A DNA stretch of 64,000 nt from Octopus vulgaris (GCA_951406725.2 OX597819.1:118978001-119042000), one strand, 5' to 3'; numbered from the stretch's first letter, positions 12,404-25,612 are shown. Notes: a model not told the origin generated them from the sequence alone. Translations and numbers: made by a program.

Positions 12404-12598
12404 AACATGCTTTCTGTGTTATGTCCCAAGAAGATTTTATATATTTTTATATATTTTTATATATTTTTTATGTATTTTTATATAATTTTTATGACGAAAA
12501 ATGCGAGCGATGTATAAGTACGCAGGCAAAGCAGAGTTATAACAGAGTAATTTCCCTTCATTTTTAACGGTGTTTTTTCATAACGTTTTCAAATAGCC

Positions 12599-12661
12599 AG
12601 ATAACCGAAGAGATGGTGTTGTGGATTTCCACTTCGGCATCTGAAACTCAGAGTTTTATCT
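12599..12661 (+). ncRNA. Type I hammerhead motif in the PLE 3' region (variant core CCGAAGA)
   Basis: AGAUAA-CCGAAGA-GAUG...CAUC-U-GAAAC-UCAGA-GUU-UUAUCU: stem I AGAUAA/UUAUCU, stem II GAUG/CAUC, stem III ACUC/GAGU. Confidence 0.65.
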
Positions 12662-12852
12662 TGACTACCGAGTAATGTAACATATTGTATAGATATATAT
12701 ATATATATATATATTATATATGTTTCTATATCCAATTGTGGAAAATGATACGCATATATACATATATATATACATACATATATATATGTATATATATATG
12801 TATGTATGTATGTATATACATACATACATACATACATACACACACACACACG

Positions 12853-12912
<60 letters not shown>

Positions 12913-13425
12913 TGCATCTAATAAGTATGTGTGCCCGGAATATATAATTTTCGTGAAATATATATTTTCAAATATATATGCTAGCTATATTTTTGCGAAG
13001 AAAATGTAAATTTTTATATTCGTTTTAGCCAACGAAGTATCAATTATGTATGCACATTGAAAATATTTTTATGTCTTCCATGACACATAATATAGCGGTA
13101 GGTGTAGAAAATATATTTCCCAATGAATATGTCCAGTTTCATTTGACGACGTTATAGCAACTAAATCTCATGAAATGTAAAACTGTTTTATTACTTAAAA
13201 TTAAGATATAATATGATTTTATGTTCGCTTTCAAAGTCAGCAACACGTTTGTTGATTGTACTTCTTAATTGAAATGCTTTCAGCAGCAAACTTTTATGAG
13301 GCTGATTATACATTATCACAGAAAGTTGCACGTACTGAAGCACATACATCTAAGTGAAGTGGGCAGGATACATATTTGGTTATTTATATATTTTGACGTA
13401 CATGTATGCATATGAATATACAAAT

Positions 13426-13516
<91 letters not shown>

Positions 13517-13531
13517 GACACACATGCACTC

Positions 13532-13601
<70 letters not shown>

Positions 13602-13675
13602 TATATTATATATTTGCACATAGGTACTTATATTCTTTCCCCTTATATATCTATATATATATATATATATATATA

Positions 13676-13919
13676 TAAATGTGCCCTTTTAAAGCCTAGC
13701 CAGGCTCATGGGCCCGCTGCCCCGGTTTCAATGGCCTATGTGTTCCAAACCTGGACGGGAGGCCAGTCCATTGCAGCGTTATTTTTGCCTGCTAAGTGGA
13801 CTGGACCAACGTGAAAAGAAGTGTTTTGCCCAAGAACACAACTTGTCGTCCGGTCCAGGAATCGAAACCACAATTTCACGATCATGATGCTGACACCCTA
13901 CCCAATAGGCCACGCGCCT

Positions 13920-13923
<4 letters not shown>
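13676..13923 (-). mobile_element. tRNA-derived SINE (family C-related)
   Basis: Minus strand head GTGGAGGCGCGTGGCCTATTGG...GTTTCGATTCC; the tail GCAATGGACTGGCCTCCCGTCCAGG...GGCTAGGCTTTAAAAGGGCACAT resembles 4968-5068. Confidence 0.8.
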
Positions 13924-13955
<32 letters not shown>

Positions 13956-14537
13956 CTATTTATGTATATGCTTCTCCTTTGACGAGATCAACATTGAGAT
14001 ACATTGTAAGGTCACTTGTATTATATAGATAGTTATATAATCTGAAATAGAAATATTTTGCACATCTTCGTCTTATCGAAGTCGTTGCTCTCTTTTATTG
14101 TCATTATAGTTTGTCGCCTTACTGACATATTTCCCGTACTTTGACGCCTCTCCTGTGTTCTCAAATCAATTGGTATTCATCGGTTCATGCCTTGCATATA
14201 AGTTATCGCATTAGTCTGTTATTATAAGTAATTTTCTCTTAAAGTTTGCTTTTTTCTAAGTATCATCCGCATGTTATTATAGATATTGACACCAAATGGG
14301 AAATTTTGGAAATGTGGTAATATCTGAATTAGATAACTAAGTCGCTCAGTTAAATATGGTTCACCTTGTTTTTCGGAAAACAGTGAAAGCAGTGTTGCTG
14401 CGTTCATTCATATATTAGGGAAAATAAATCGCTCTGACTTTCGGAGAAAAGGATTAATTGAATATATTTCCTTGTAAAATACGTTATTCTATATGTACGG
14501 AACAGTGTTGATTCTTCATCTCTTACGAAGAAAACTG

Positions 14538-14701
14538 ATTCTTTCATTTGTTGAGTGCGGTCATGCTGGAGCCCCACATTTAGTCGAGCAAATCGAGCCT
14601 AGTACTTATTCTATCGGTCATTTTTGCCGCACCGCTAAGATACGGGTACGTAAATACACAAGCATCGGTTGTCAAGCGATGTTGGGAGGACAAATACAGA
14701 C

Positions 14702-14747
<46 letters not shown>

Positions 14748-14909
14748 GATGGGCTTCTTTCAGTTTCCGTCTACCAAGTCCACTCACAAGGCTTTGGTCG
14801 GCCCGAGGCTATAGTGGAAGCCACTTGCCCAAGGTGCCATGTAGTGGGACTGAACCCGGAACCATGTGGTTGGTAAGCAAGCTACTTACCACACACCCAC
14901 TCTTGCGCC
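14538..14909 (-). mobile_element. tRNA-derived SINE family A (Nin/Deu-like central domain)
   Basis: Reverse complement of the copy at 22704-23114. Confidence 0.85.
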
Positions 14910-15145
14910 TATACTTACAGCAGGGTCACATCTGCGCCTATTTTTAGGGTATTTCCTGTCCTCATTTGTAGGGTTGAGATTATTAATCAGGCATATCACA
15001 GCTTTGTTAGTATATGAAACTGTTCCTCTTGTACTTTGATGTCCATAAATGTATTTGTGCAGAAGTTGATTGTTGACAATTTCTCATTCATGTATACACA
15101 TTCGAACACATTTCCTCGTAATATACAATTTTGTCACTTATACAT

Positions 15146-15376
15146 ATTTCTTTATTACCCACAGGGGTCTAAACATAGAGGGGACAAACAAGGACAGACA
15201 GAGGGGTTAAGTCGATTACATCGACCCCAGTGCGTGACTGGTACTTAATTTATCGACCCCGAATGTATGAAAAGCAAAGTCCACCTCGGCGGAATTTGAA
15301 CTCAGAACGTAACGGCAAACGAAATACCGCTAAGCATTTCTCCCGGCGTGCTAACGTTTCTACCAGTTCGCCGCCT
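15146..15376 (-). mobile_element. tRNA-derived SINE family B (Meta-like domain)
   Basis: Reverse complement of the copy at 19680-19909. Confidence 0.85.
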
Positions 15377-16709
15377 TATTTCCTTTTAATATACCGTTTT
15401 GTCGCTTACGCAGACTCAGACTGGCGAGCAAACACTATATAAATGTGCGTGTCTTTGGGGAACGCATGTCTCTCTCTCTCGCGCGCGTTCTTCTCACTTT
15501 TTCACTCTTTCTGCACACACTGTCACGCACATTTACAGTAAGCGTGTGGTGGTGTTGAGTATTTTAGATAATTATAGGGGAATCGACATCCATAGATATC
15601 AATAATAGCGTGATATGTATATGAGTTATTTAAATTTTGAAATGCTTCAACGTACCTGTAATTATTTCAAAGTGGTGTTTGGAAGATTATGGTGATGTCA
15701 ATAATTATATTTTCTCCCGAAATGAAACTAAAAACGTGGTTTCATGTTACTTTGAAGTAGTTAAAGTATAGAATGGTTCTAACAGTATGTCATATTTTCT
15801 ATTATTCTTATTCATATATTTTGCCTTGTATCATTTATGTTAATTGCATTCCATGATAAGTTACAATGTATGGTTTATTACGTTTTTTAGGATATTGTGT
15901 GTTAAACTTTGTATTAACTATAACGCAGAACGATTCTACTATGCTGGGGGGGTATATTATTGTATAATTGTCTACAATTGGTAAACATAATTAGGCATTG
16001 TTAGGCTAATGTGATAATCACTGTAGAAATCTGTTCATGTTCGCACATTATACAAATGTGCTGTCCGGGGTTACATTGTTGAATGGCAGTGTTTCCGACA
16101 GAATTAGTTCTATTTTACAAATTCTTTCTGCCTGGATGAAACATGAAGCAGTTGTATGTTAATATGATATGGTCATTATTCTAATTTTATATCTTGATTC
16201 ATATAACATTCCTAACTTCATATTACTTCGGATAAATTGTATTCACGTTTCTAATGCTTCTCCTTCATTCATTTACTTCATCTTAAAAAGCATCAAGTTA
16301 CGTGCTGTTATAACACATTAACTAAACTGAGGCACTACAGTTCCTTTTAGACAAATGTGTTTCACGTAGTAATAGAGGGTTTTTAAAATGTCTAAAATCA
16401 TACAACATTTGAAATTGTTTTAGGCATTTTTAAAAGGATATTTTGTTGATTAACCTACATGCATTTAACTCAAATCAACAAATGTATAATAAACACAATG
16501 GACATGCCGGGCCACTATAAAATAAAATGTTTAATAGAGCTCATTATCCTCCATTAAAGAAAATGACGTATGACAAAATAAGTTTGCACCAATAGAAAAT
16601 CAGGTTGGGGAAGAATTGATCGGCCTTTCCCAAAGGATGAACTCGATCAATGCAAACAAAAATGATTATTTCAACATTAGTGACACGATATTTATGAATT
16701 CTTGCCTAG

Positions 16710-17027
16710 GTGGGGGCACATGGCCTAGTGGTTAGAGCAGCGGACTCGTGGCCGAGGGATCGTGGGTTCGAATCTCAAACTGTGATTCGAATGTGTGTGT
16801 TTATGAGCGAAACACCTAATCTCCACGCGGCACCCGCAGAAGATAATGGCAAAACTTCTGCTGACTCTTTCGACACAACTTTCTCTCACTCTTTCCTCCT
16901 GCATATTGCAGCTCACGTGCGATGGTCCAGCGTCCCCGTCCAGATGGTGAACCTATACGGCAAGAAACCGGAACACCGGCCCTAATGAGCTAGGCATGGC
17001 TCGAGAAGGAAGAAACAACAAACAACA
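16710..17027 (+). mobile_element. Full-length tRNA-derived SINE (family C)
   Basis: A box TGGCCTAGTGG, B box GGTTCGAATC, (AAC)n tail, TSD AATTCTTGC(C/G)TAG at 16697-16709 and 17028-17040. Confidence 0.85.
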
Positions 17028-17794
17028 AATTCTTGCGTAGAACAAACTAGGTCCAAATAACGGGCATTTGATTAGATAATTTGAATTTAGCGTCAAATAC
17101 TATTCTAAATAAAATTGTCGCAAACATTGATGGTCTTTGTAAAACGTTGTTTACTTCCAAACTGTATTAAACGAAGCTGAAGCAAATAATCATATTTGTG
17201 ATATTAGCGTTAAGAAGAGCAATCTTTTAACGGCTATTTGCATACTGAGGCATTGTTTAGAATATATAAATGTCAGTTGTCAATACACACAGACAGGCAC
17301 ACACTAACACACAGACACAAAAAAAACATGTATATACACATACATATATATGCGTGTGTGTATATATATGTATATATATGTGTATGTACGCATGTGTGTA
17401 TATACATTTATCCACATACACACACATACATACATAAATACATACATACATACATACATAATAAACACATACATATGCAGCTCCTCATAATTGTCTTGAT
17501 AAATATTTATCCAGTGTTATTTTTATGCAGACGCGTTTTCGCATATGTTTTGTCATCTTCTAACTCTTCAAATTCGTATGTTTAGTCTAATTTAAGGAAC
17601 AATTAGTGTTAGTTTGTGATACTTGACATTGCAATACGGTTAGTTAAAATATGTTTTGCTGTTACTTATGGTTCGTTCTGTTAATCAGACTCAGCATCCA
17701 AACACAAAACATGAGAACTGTTCTAATTTTGAACACCGCAAAGTTTTCCTAGTGTTATCCAATCAATATTTAAAAAAAAATGTGCATTCTTATA

Positions 17795-18220
17795 TCTCTT
17801 TTCCGTATTTCAGTAATTTGACTGCGCCCACGCTGGAGCACCGCCTGTAGTCGAGCAAATCGACCCCAGGACTTATTCTTTGTAAGCCTAGTACTTATTC
17901 TATCTGTCTCTTTTGCCGAACTGCTACGTTAGCGGACGTAAACACACTAACATCAGTTGTCAAGCGATTTTTTTTATGGGGGGGGGGAGAAACACAGGTA
18001 CACAATCATATACACACACACATTCAAATTTATATATATGTATATGTGTGTGTGTATATATACATACGACGGGCTTCTTTCAGTTTCCGTCAAGCAAATC
18101 CGCTCACAAGCCTTTGGTAGGCCCGAGGCTATAGTAGAATACACTTGCGCAAGGTGCTACGCAGTGGGACTGAACCCGGAACCATGTGGTTGGTAAGCAA
18201 ACTACTTACCACACAGCCGC
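17795..18220 (-). mobile_element. SINE family A
   Basis: Reverse complement of the 22704-23114 consensus. Confidence 0.85.
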
Positions 18221-19539
18221 ATTTACCTTTTCTTATGAAACATTTTGCTTCAACATTTAGAATTACCTTCGTTTCCTCTACCACAATAGAAATTCCGACT
18301 TAGAAAATTACCAACTCATCACCCATAATATAGCTCTGGGATTGTTAAAAAAACAACCACCACTGTTCGTTCATTACCTTCACACTTGTTGCTAAACGAA
18401 GTTAATTTAAATTTTTTGCTTCCTCCGTTTGCTTAATTGATGTTTGGTATATGTTGTTAATGATGTAATACAAAACGACTAACGTGCTCGGTTGCAAAGA
18501 ATTGAAATTAGAAATCTGAAAGAATTCTTTATAGAGTTTCTTCTAGCATTTGTAAGTTTCGAAGTCCAATTAGGAGCGCACCAAACCTAAACATTCAGTG
18601 CAATCTCTTGAAAGAAAATCGAATTTCTCTATTAATTCTATAGTAGATGCAATAAAGCTTAATTCTTCTAACATTTACCGAACCTACTAAAAATTAAATA
18701 TGATTACGAGGCTAGGCAATGATATTTCAATGGCTTTAATTTAGTATAAATGTTATGATCTGACCATAAAAGAAAGCTGACCAGTGTGTATATTAAGGAA
18801 TATAGCTGACAGGTATATTCGCTTGCCTCTATAAAAGTATTGTTATAAACTGTAGGCAATACATTAACATGTCAGCCAGTTCAGTGTCATGGAGAAGACA
18901 GTTGGACATTATTCCGATGTCTTTGTTTTTCGTAATGAGGGATATTTTCTTAGATTCTAATAAGGTTTTCTTACACTAGCTTTGATTTTCTAATATCATA
19001 TCCACCATAAATGTTTGAGGAAAATTTAATGCGCCAAATAAGGAAAATTACTGAGCAATATTTGAAATTTATATTTCAGATTATACATTAAGAAGCTCTT
19101 TTCAAAAGGAACGAATAAAGATCAAATGTATAAGAAGAATACTGAGTCTCTTCACCTCCTGCCGTATGTACCGACGCAAGAACTCTTTGATAATGCCATT
19201 AAATGACCAGTGAATAAGTATTAAGAGGATTCTCTCTTTAAAAATTAATGTCTTCAGATAAACCTCATCAACCGGAATATTTTCTGTAATACCTTCTCTT
19301 TAACAACAACTGACACAGTTAATTTTCTACAAAGTATGACGTCAGAATAACATCAATACTCAGTGCAAATTATAGCAAACAATTACGTGACGGAAATAAG
19401 TTTTCTAAATTATCTTTTATGAGCAAGATTTTAGTAGCTCTCCTACTGAAAGGTGTTAAGGTGGCCATCATATTCTTACATTCATGTTATTATGAAGTGC
19501 CTGCTCTTATCTTATGAAGATTGAAATTTTATGAATGTA

Positions 19540-20152
19540 CCCGGTGATTCAAAAGTCTACATACATAGGAAAAATTTATTTTATAAAAACATTTTATAAA
19601 ATCCCTCAAATCCACAGATCCCTTGACCTGCATCCTCTTCATTTCTGAGGCATTGGAAGGTATGGTGTATCGCAGAAAGGTGGCGAGTTGGCAGAATCGT
19701 TAGCATGCCGGGAGAAATTCTTAGCTGTATTTCGTCTGCCGCTACTTTCTGAGTTCAAATTCCGCCGAGGTCGACTTTGCCTATCATCCTTTCGGGGCCG
19801 ATAAATTAAGTACTAGTTACGCACTGGGGTCGATATAATCGACTTCATCCGTTTGTCTGTCCCTGTTTGTCCCTTCTGTGTTTAAGCCCTTGTGGGTAGT
19901 AAAGAAATAGGTGTATCGCAGAAAGATAAATGACGTAAATAATTTGAAGGAACACATAGCCAAATCATTTGCACAAGTATTACTTGATATGCTTTTACAA
20001 GTTCACAATGAGTGGAGTTAACGTATTGCAATGAGTATTCAAAACAATGGTAACCATATAGAGCTTGTTAAATAAATAAAAAACCGTTATTGTAAACTGT
20101 TTCTTATAGAAAATTATATTGTTCTATGTATTGCGACTTTTTAATCACCCTG
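19540..20152 (+). mobile_element. Internally deleted Tc1/mariner element with TA TSD
   Basis: TIRs CCCGGTGATTCAAAAGTC and GACTTTTTAATCACCCTG, each flanked by TA; keeps the transposase C-terminus (degenerate SPDL motif ... NNLKEHIAKSF...IQNNGNHIELVK*). Confidence 0.75.
19680..19909 (+). mobile_element. SINE family B nested in the Tc1/mariner relic
   Basis: TGGCAGAATCG A box, GAGTTCAAATTC B box, GCCTATCATCCTTTCGGGGCCGATAAATTAAGTAC domain; perfect 16-bp TSD GGTGTATCGCAGAAAG at 19664-19679 and 19910-19925. Confidence 0.9.
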
Positions 20153-20846
20153 TATATATAATCATGAACTGAAGGTTATTATAAAAGAACAGTAAAACTG
20201 TACACATATTTTTACCAATTCGAAATAGTTTCCTATTGGATAAACTTCAGAAACTTTTTAATGTTTGAGTAAGACTATGATTTGAACTGAGGAGACAGTG
20301 TAATGTCATTGACGGAATATCATATATTTGTTCACGTGACCAGTAACGTGGCAGCTATAAAAACGTATCCAAAGATTATCAGGAACAATACAAACAAGTC
20401 GAATATTCTAACAATGGCATTAACAAAAAATGAACATCGTATTAACAAAAGGATGCTAATAACACATCAGACATTACGTGTTGTTTTCAAAATGCGGTTA
20501 TGGAGCAATTTGTTTTGTAACCATCAACGCCCGACATCTCAGCAGACAAGACAACAAAAGGAAGTAGAAGTTATTAATTTAAAAAAAAAAAACCCTTCGC
20601 GGTTCATGATATAAAATGAAATAGAAAAATAGATCTGTTTACAAAACAAAATATTTCTACATTCCTTGAAGTCTGGGGATACATACGCTGAGATTGAAAA
20701 TATGCCCCCTCCCCAAACACACAGGCATACACACATGGACACACACATACACAGCCATAGATTTGGTGACCATTCTGTGGCACAGGAGTATTTTTGACTT
20801 CCATTGTTAGCGATACAGGTGCCCATGTGGTACCATTGTATGTATG

Positions 20847-20916
<70 letters not shown>

Positions 20917-21067
20917 CATGTATGCATGTATGTATGTATGCATGTATAGCCGAAATTGCGAGGATGATCCGGTTCTTGACTGAAGATTGAAGGTTTCGAA
21001 TGCCCCTTCCGTGTTTTTTGTATCGTCTTCTAAATGTTTGGCGTTCTTGCCCCAGTTTGTATTTTTT

Positions 21068-21137
<70 letters not shown>

Positions 21138-21334
21138 AGAAGGTGAATGAATTATCCTAGTATGGATAATTCGGTTAACCGATACCTGGGTAGCAAATTC
21201 ACGTCAGAAAACATGGTTGAAGCTATATGCCAAGGGCAGGGATCCGGTGTTCTCGTGTGTAAATTTGTGTTTTTTTTTAACTATGAATAAATGAAAGAAT
21301 GGAGTCGAACAACGATTTTAACAAAATTCCTTTA

Positions 21335-21417
21335 CTCTCGACACATGTTTCGAAGGCTGCATATTCCTAATTCCGAAGGAATAAAGGGTGCATTATGCCG
21401 CCATCTCATCAAGAAAG
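21335..21417 (-). ncRNA. Type I hammerhead motif with extended stem II (core UUGAUGA) in a repeat flanked by (TA)n
   Basis: Minus strand CUUUC-UUGAUGA-GAUGGC...GCCUUC-GAAAC-AUGU-GUC-GAGAG; GUC cleavage triplet. Confidence 0.55.
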
Positions 21418-21455
21418 ACAAGGAACTTATGTCAGCACCATGAAGAGAAAACACT

Positions 21456-21517
<62 letters not shown>

Positions 21518-22101
21518 TGCAAATCAATGAAGTTTCTTTGTTACATTGACGAGATATAGATGCTAAATCGTCGAACCTCATAAAATATCTTCATTTGTAT
21601 TATTACTCGGGGAGAACAATATTTTGATGAATTTCTGTTAGCTTTCTTTCCACGTTTCGGCAGTAATACAAGTGAAAATCCTGTATGTGGTTAGACGATT
21701 TAGCGGCTATTTTTCAGCATATTGGCAGTGAAATAATACTTTTTCGCTTTGTTTTTAAGTGTATTTATAATTTTCATCTTAAAAGTTATTTTTCATAGGC
21801 GACCATTGATAAAAAACTTTTCATATAACGATTTATCCTTATATTATCAGTAAATTTATTATCATTCCCTTCTTCTGCAATGGTTAACAATTTGTGTGCG
21901 TTTCCTGACCGACCACATTTGTGCGAGGTTTGCTACGGAATATCCATTTGGAGATATTTGGAGTTTTTAAATCTATACATGACTTTACATCTGCTTTTCC
22001 CTGGGTATGTCCAAGTATTTCATTTATTTTCATTTTGTGTTCCTCGCTGAGTAATCCAGAAATCAGAACCGATTCGGAGATAACTATATATTTAAAATAT
22101 A

Positions 22102-22102
<1 letters not shown>

Positions 22103-22155
<53 letters not shown>

Positions 22156-22232
22156 GACCACCACCACCACTACCACCACTACCACTACTACTACTACTAA
22201 TAATAATAACAATAATAATAATAATAATAATA

Positions 22233-22260
<28 letters not shown>
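22103..22260. repeat. Compound trinucleotide tract (CTA)n-(CCA)n-(TAA)n-(TTA)n
   Basis: Seen directly. Confidence 0.9.
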
Positions 22261-22265
<5 letters not shown>

Positions 22266-22703
22266 TAGAGAGAGAGAAAGAGAGAGAGAAAGGGGGAACC
22301 AGATAGATTGAGTTAAATATGCATAAATGGATCGATCGATCGTAAGATAGATAAATAGGTTGTAAGCTACATACCTATATAGATAGATAGTTAGATAGAT
22401 AGTTAGATAGATACATACAAACATACATGCATATGCTTTTTCTTTCTCTCCCTGACGTGACCATATTTACCCAATAACATTGCTTCATACATATCGCATA
22501 ACTGTCTCAGTAGAATGTAAGCATTTACAACAACCATTATAAACATTCCCCAAGTGACGTTTTGTGATCTATGTTTAGCAAACACATTTAACATACAATT
22601 TCACCCACATGTTCAATGGATGTTGAAATATGAAAATTATATAACGACTTTTCCCATTATAAACCTACGTAAAAGTAAATGCGTATGCATATATATATAT
22701 ATA

Positions 22704-23114
22704 GGCGCAGGAGTGGCTGTGTGGTAAGTAGCTTGCTAACCAACCACATGGTTCCGGGTTCAGTCCCACTGCGTGGCATCTTGGGCAAGTGTTTTCTGCT
22801 ATAGCCCCGGGCCGACCAATGCCTTGTGAGTGGATTTGGTAGACGGAAACTGAAAGAAGCCTGTCGTATATATGTATATATATATATATGTATTTGTATG
22901 TGTGTGTGTTTGTGTGTCTGTCCCCCTAGCATTGCTTGACAACCGATGCTGGCGTGTTTACGTCCCCGTCACTTAGCGGTTCGGCAAAAGAGACCGATAG
23001 AATAAGTACTGGGCTTACAAAGAATAAGTCCCGGGGTTGATTTGCTCGACTAAAGGCGGTGCTCCAGCATGGCCGCAGTCGGATGACTGAAACAAGTAAA
23101 AGAGTAAAAGAGAG
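22704..23114 (+). mobile_element. Full-length SINE family A (tRNA head, Nin/Deu-like domain, internal TA/TG microsatellite)
   Basis: GGCGCAGGAGTGGCTGTGTGG...GGTTCAGTCCC...GCCTTGTGAGTGGATTTGGTAGACGGAAACTG...(AGTAAAAG)n tail; nearly identical to 60974-61374. Confidence 0.9.
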
Positions 23115-23619
23115 TATATATATACAAAGACTCACACACGCTCTCTCTCTCTCTCGCTCGCTCTCTCTTTCTCTTTCTCTCCTTGTATATATCTATAAGC
23201 TACTAACAGTTCTATGCGAAGGAAACACATGAGACAGAATTTTATATCATTTCTGGTCTTCCATATTCATGCAGCGGCTATATGATAATTTGATGGAGCA
23301 GCTGAGACGTTTTTTTCTGGAATACTGATTTACAGAAGAGAATATGTCTAAGTGAGACAGGAATCTTTACCATATGTTAGTTTTAAAATTTAGGGGAAAT
23401 GGTGGTGGCAGCGCGGTAAATCAAATTACTCTTTTGTGTTTGTTTTTGTCATCCGTATTATTACCAGAAGGGTGGTAAATTATTTCTTCTTAAAATCAAG
23501 ATTGGTGAGGGCATTGTTGTGACCCTCGCATTGTTTTGAAAAGCTTGACCGCCACCATTACCAACATAATATCTTACATCTCTTCCACTAAAATATATAT
23601 TTGTGTACGTAATCTACTA

Positions 23620-24300
23620 CATCAATGCTTCCTTTCCTGCGAGAAAGGAACCTGAATTACGATATCAGAAGGAACATAACGAAGGTGAAGAGCTGGCCAT
23701 TTGTTACCTCGGTAAGCCTGAACTAATTGAGACCTTCCTACAATGAAGGTCACATGAACTATCGAATGGAGATCATAAACTTTCTTTATATTTTTTCTGC
23801 TGCCAGCAATATGTATCACACTCCGAACGCCGATAAACCTGCACAGATATGATGTAAAAGGAGACTATCTCTTTAAATTTCGAAGAGAACAAGCAACCTA
23901 GCAGCTACTTTGAGCTTGCTACAGACGCCACTCGGGAACAAAAAAAAAAGAAAACACAAGGACTTAGATCACAGAATCATCATCGATAATCAGATTCGTA
24001 ATGTTTCGAATGAAAAATTTTGAAACGGGTTAAAACAGCCTAGTTGTCAACCACATCGCACAACCATAGGAGATGAAACTAGACCATCAGAAATAAATGA
24101 ATGCACTTGCCCCAGTTTGCCTAGACACAACTCTGCCCAGTTGAAGTTCTGTGGTTTGAAAATGTAAATATAATTCTGATCAAGTTTAAAGTCTGAGTGA
24201 GTAAAGATGCAATCAAGACATTGAATGGAAGAGTGCTCTATGCCAGAATAATTTGCAGGATTCAATAGGAAACGGACGACAGCCCTAGCTATACCCAGAT
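23620..24300 (-). pseudogene. Possible very old LINE reverse-transcriptase remnant
   Basis: SFISDGLVSSPMVVRCG resembles the RT segment just before GVPQGS; otherwise heavily decayed. Confidence 0.3.
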
Positions 24301-24417
24301 GGGTAGAGTCTCTTCAATCTGAGTCGATCATGCAGTCATAGAGCTAAGAATGAAAGAGTGAAAACCTGATGTGCACACGAAGGGAGAGGAGTAGATTCTC
24401 TTAATGGCTTTGCAGTA

Positions 24418-24455
<38 letters not shown>

Positions 24456-24639
24456 TGAAAAGTTAAGCTGGAAGCAAGATTGATATGACGAGCGGTGAAA
24501 TGGTCAACTCTCCTGTAACACTGACAAAAATGCGTTATGGTTCACGGTCGAAACATCGGATGAGAAATCCATGTATTCCAAGCCACGTTCACCAAAGATG
24601 GATGAATAAGCATCTCCCTTAAATGTGAACAATAACACG

Positions 24640-24690
<51 letters not shown>

Positions 24691-24785
24691 ACACACACAT
24701 GCACACGCACATATATAAATTTATATATATGAATATATAAGTTTGTATATATATATATGAATATCTATGTATCTCTCTCCTCCCC

Positions 24786-24848
<63 letters not shown>

Positions 24849-25528
24849 AATATCGTAACCTGCTTAGATTGTCGCTACAATTATCGGGGACAAACGAGCC
24901 TTACTTTCGAGACGCAGAGTCACACTGCTTAAAGAACGGATTCGTTTTCCTCAATACAGGCAGATATCCCTGAGCAAACATATCGACAGGTGCGCAAGAA
25001 ATAAAACGCAAAATTTCCATATCTCTCCATTATACCAACGCAAAGATACAATCTTCTCACAAGAAGGACTAAAAAAGGAAAACCTGTTCATATAGTCGAC
25101 ACTTTAATTTATAAACTTTACCACTTGATACTTACACATTCTTATTTCAACAATTATACTGGTGTTAGTTGCTCCATTTGGCACCTGCTGCCTCCCTTTG
25201 TCCACAGGGTAGACTCATTCTTACTTTTCAATCATCCAAAATGGCGAGACCCTTTCTCACAAGATTTTTATTACTTCAGAATGTCCCTTGAAAAGCTAAT
25301 TAAAATAGCGAAAACCGGTTGGATATCACGGCATCTATACAATATGTGTGTATTTATATATATATATTTATATATATATATATCTTAAAAAAAATATTTT
25401 AAATTATCTGAAACGAAGGCATCTCTATTCTAACTTTTATGTATGATTTCTACGTATTTTCAACTCATAATTGTGCCTCGTGGCATATACTGAATCTCCA
25501 GCATTTTACTCAAATTTCTATGGTCCAA

Positions 25529-25612
<84 letters not shown>

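Larger units (their letters stand above)
11433..12690 (+). mobile_element. 5'-truncated Penelope-like retroelement inserted in (TA)n
   Basis: ORF above plus a 3' region carrying a hammerhead motif; TA repeats on both sides. Confidence 0.85.

Noticed and set aside
12589-13814. Numerous ORFs rich in YI, CV or HT dipeptides (also at 32600-33000, 35600-35860 and 62513-62989)
   Set aside because: Translations of (TA)n and (CA)n microsatellites, not genes
16710-16785. tRNA-like sequence considered as a real tRNA gene (likewise 4395-4470 and 8908-8970)
   Set aside because: No proper acceptor stem, and each continues into a repeat body (with tail and TSD for 16710 and 4395), so these are SINE heads
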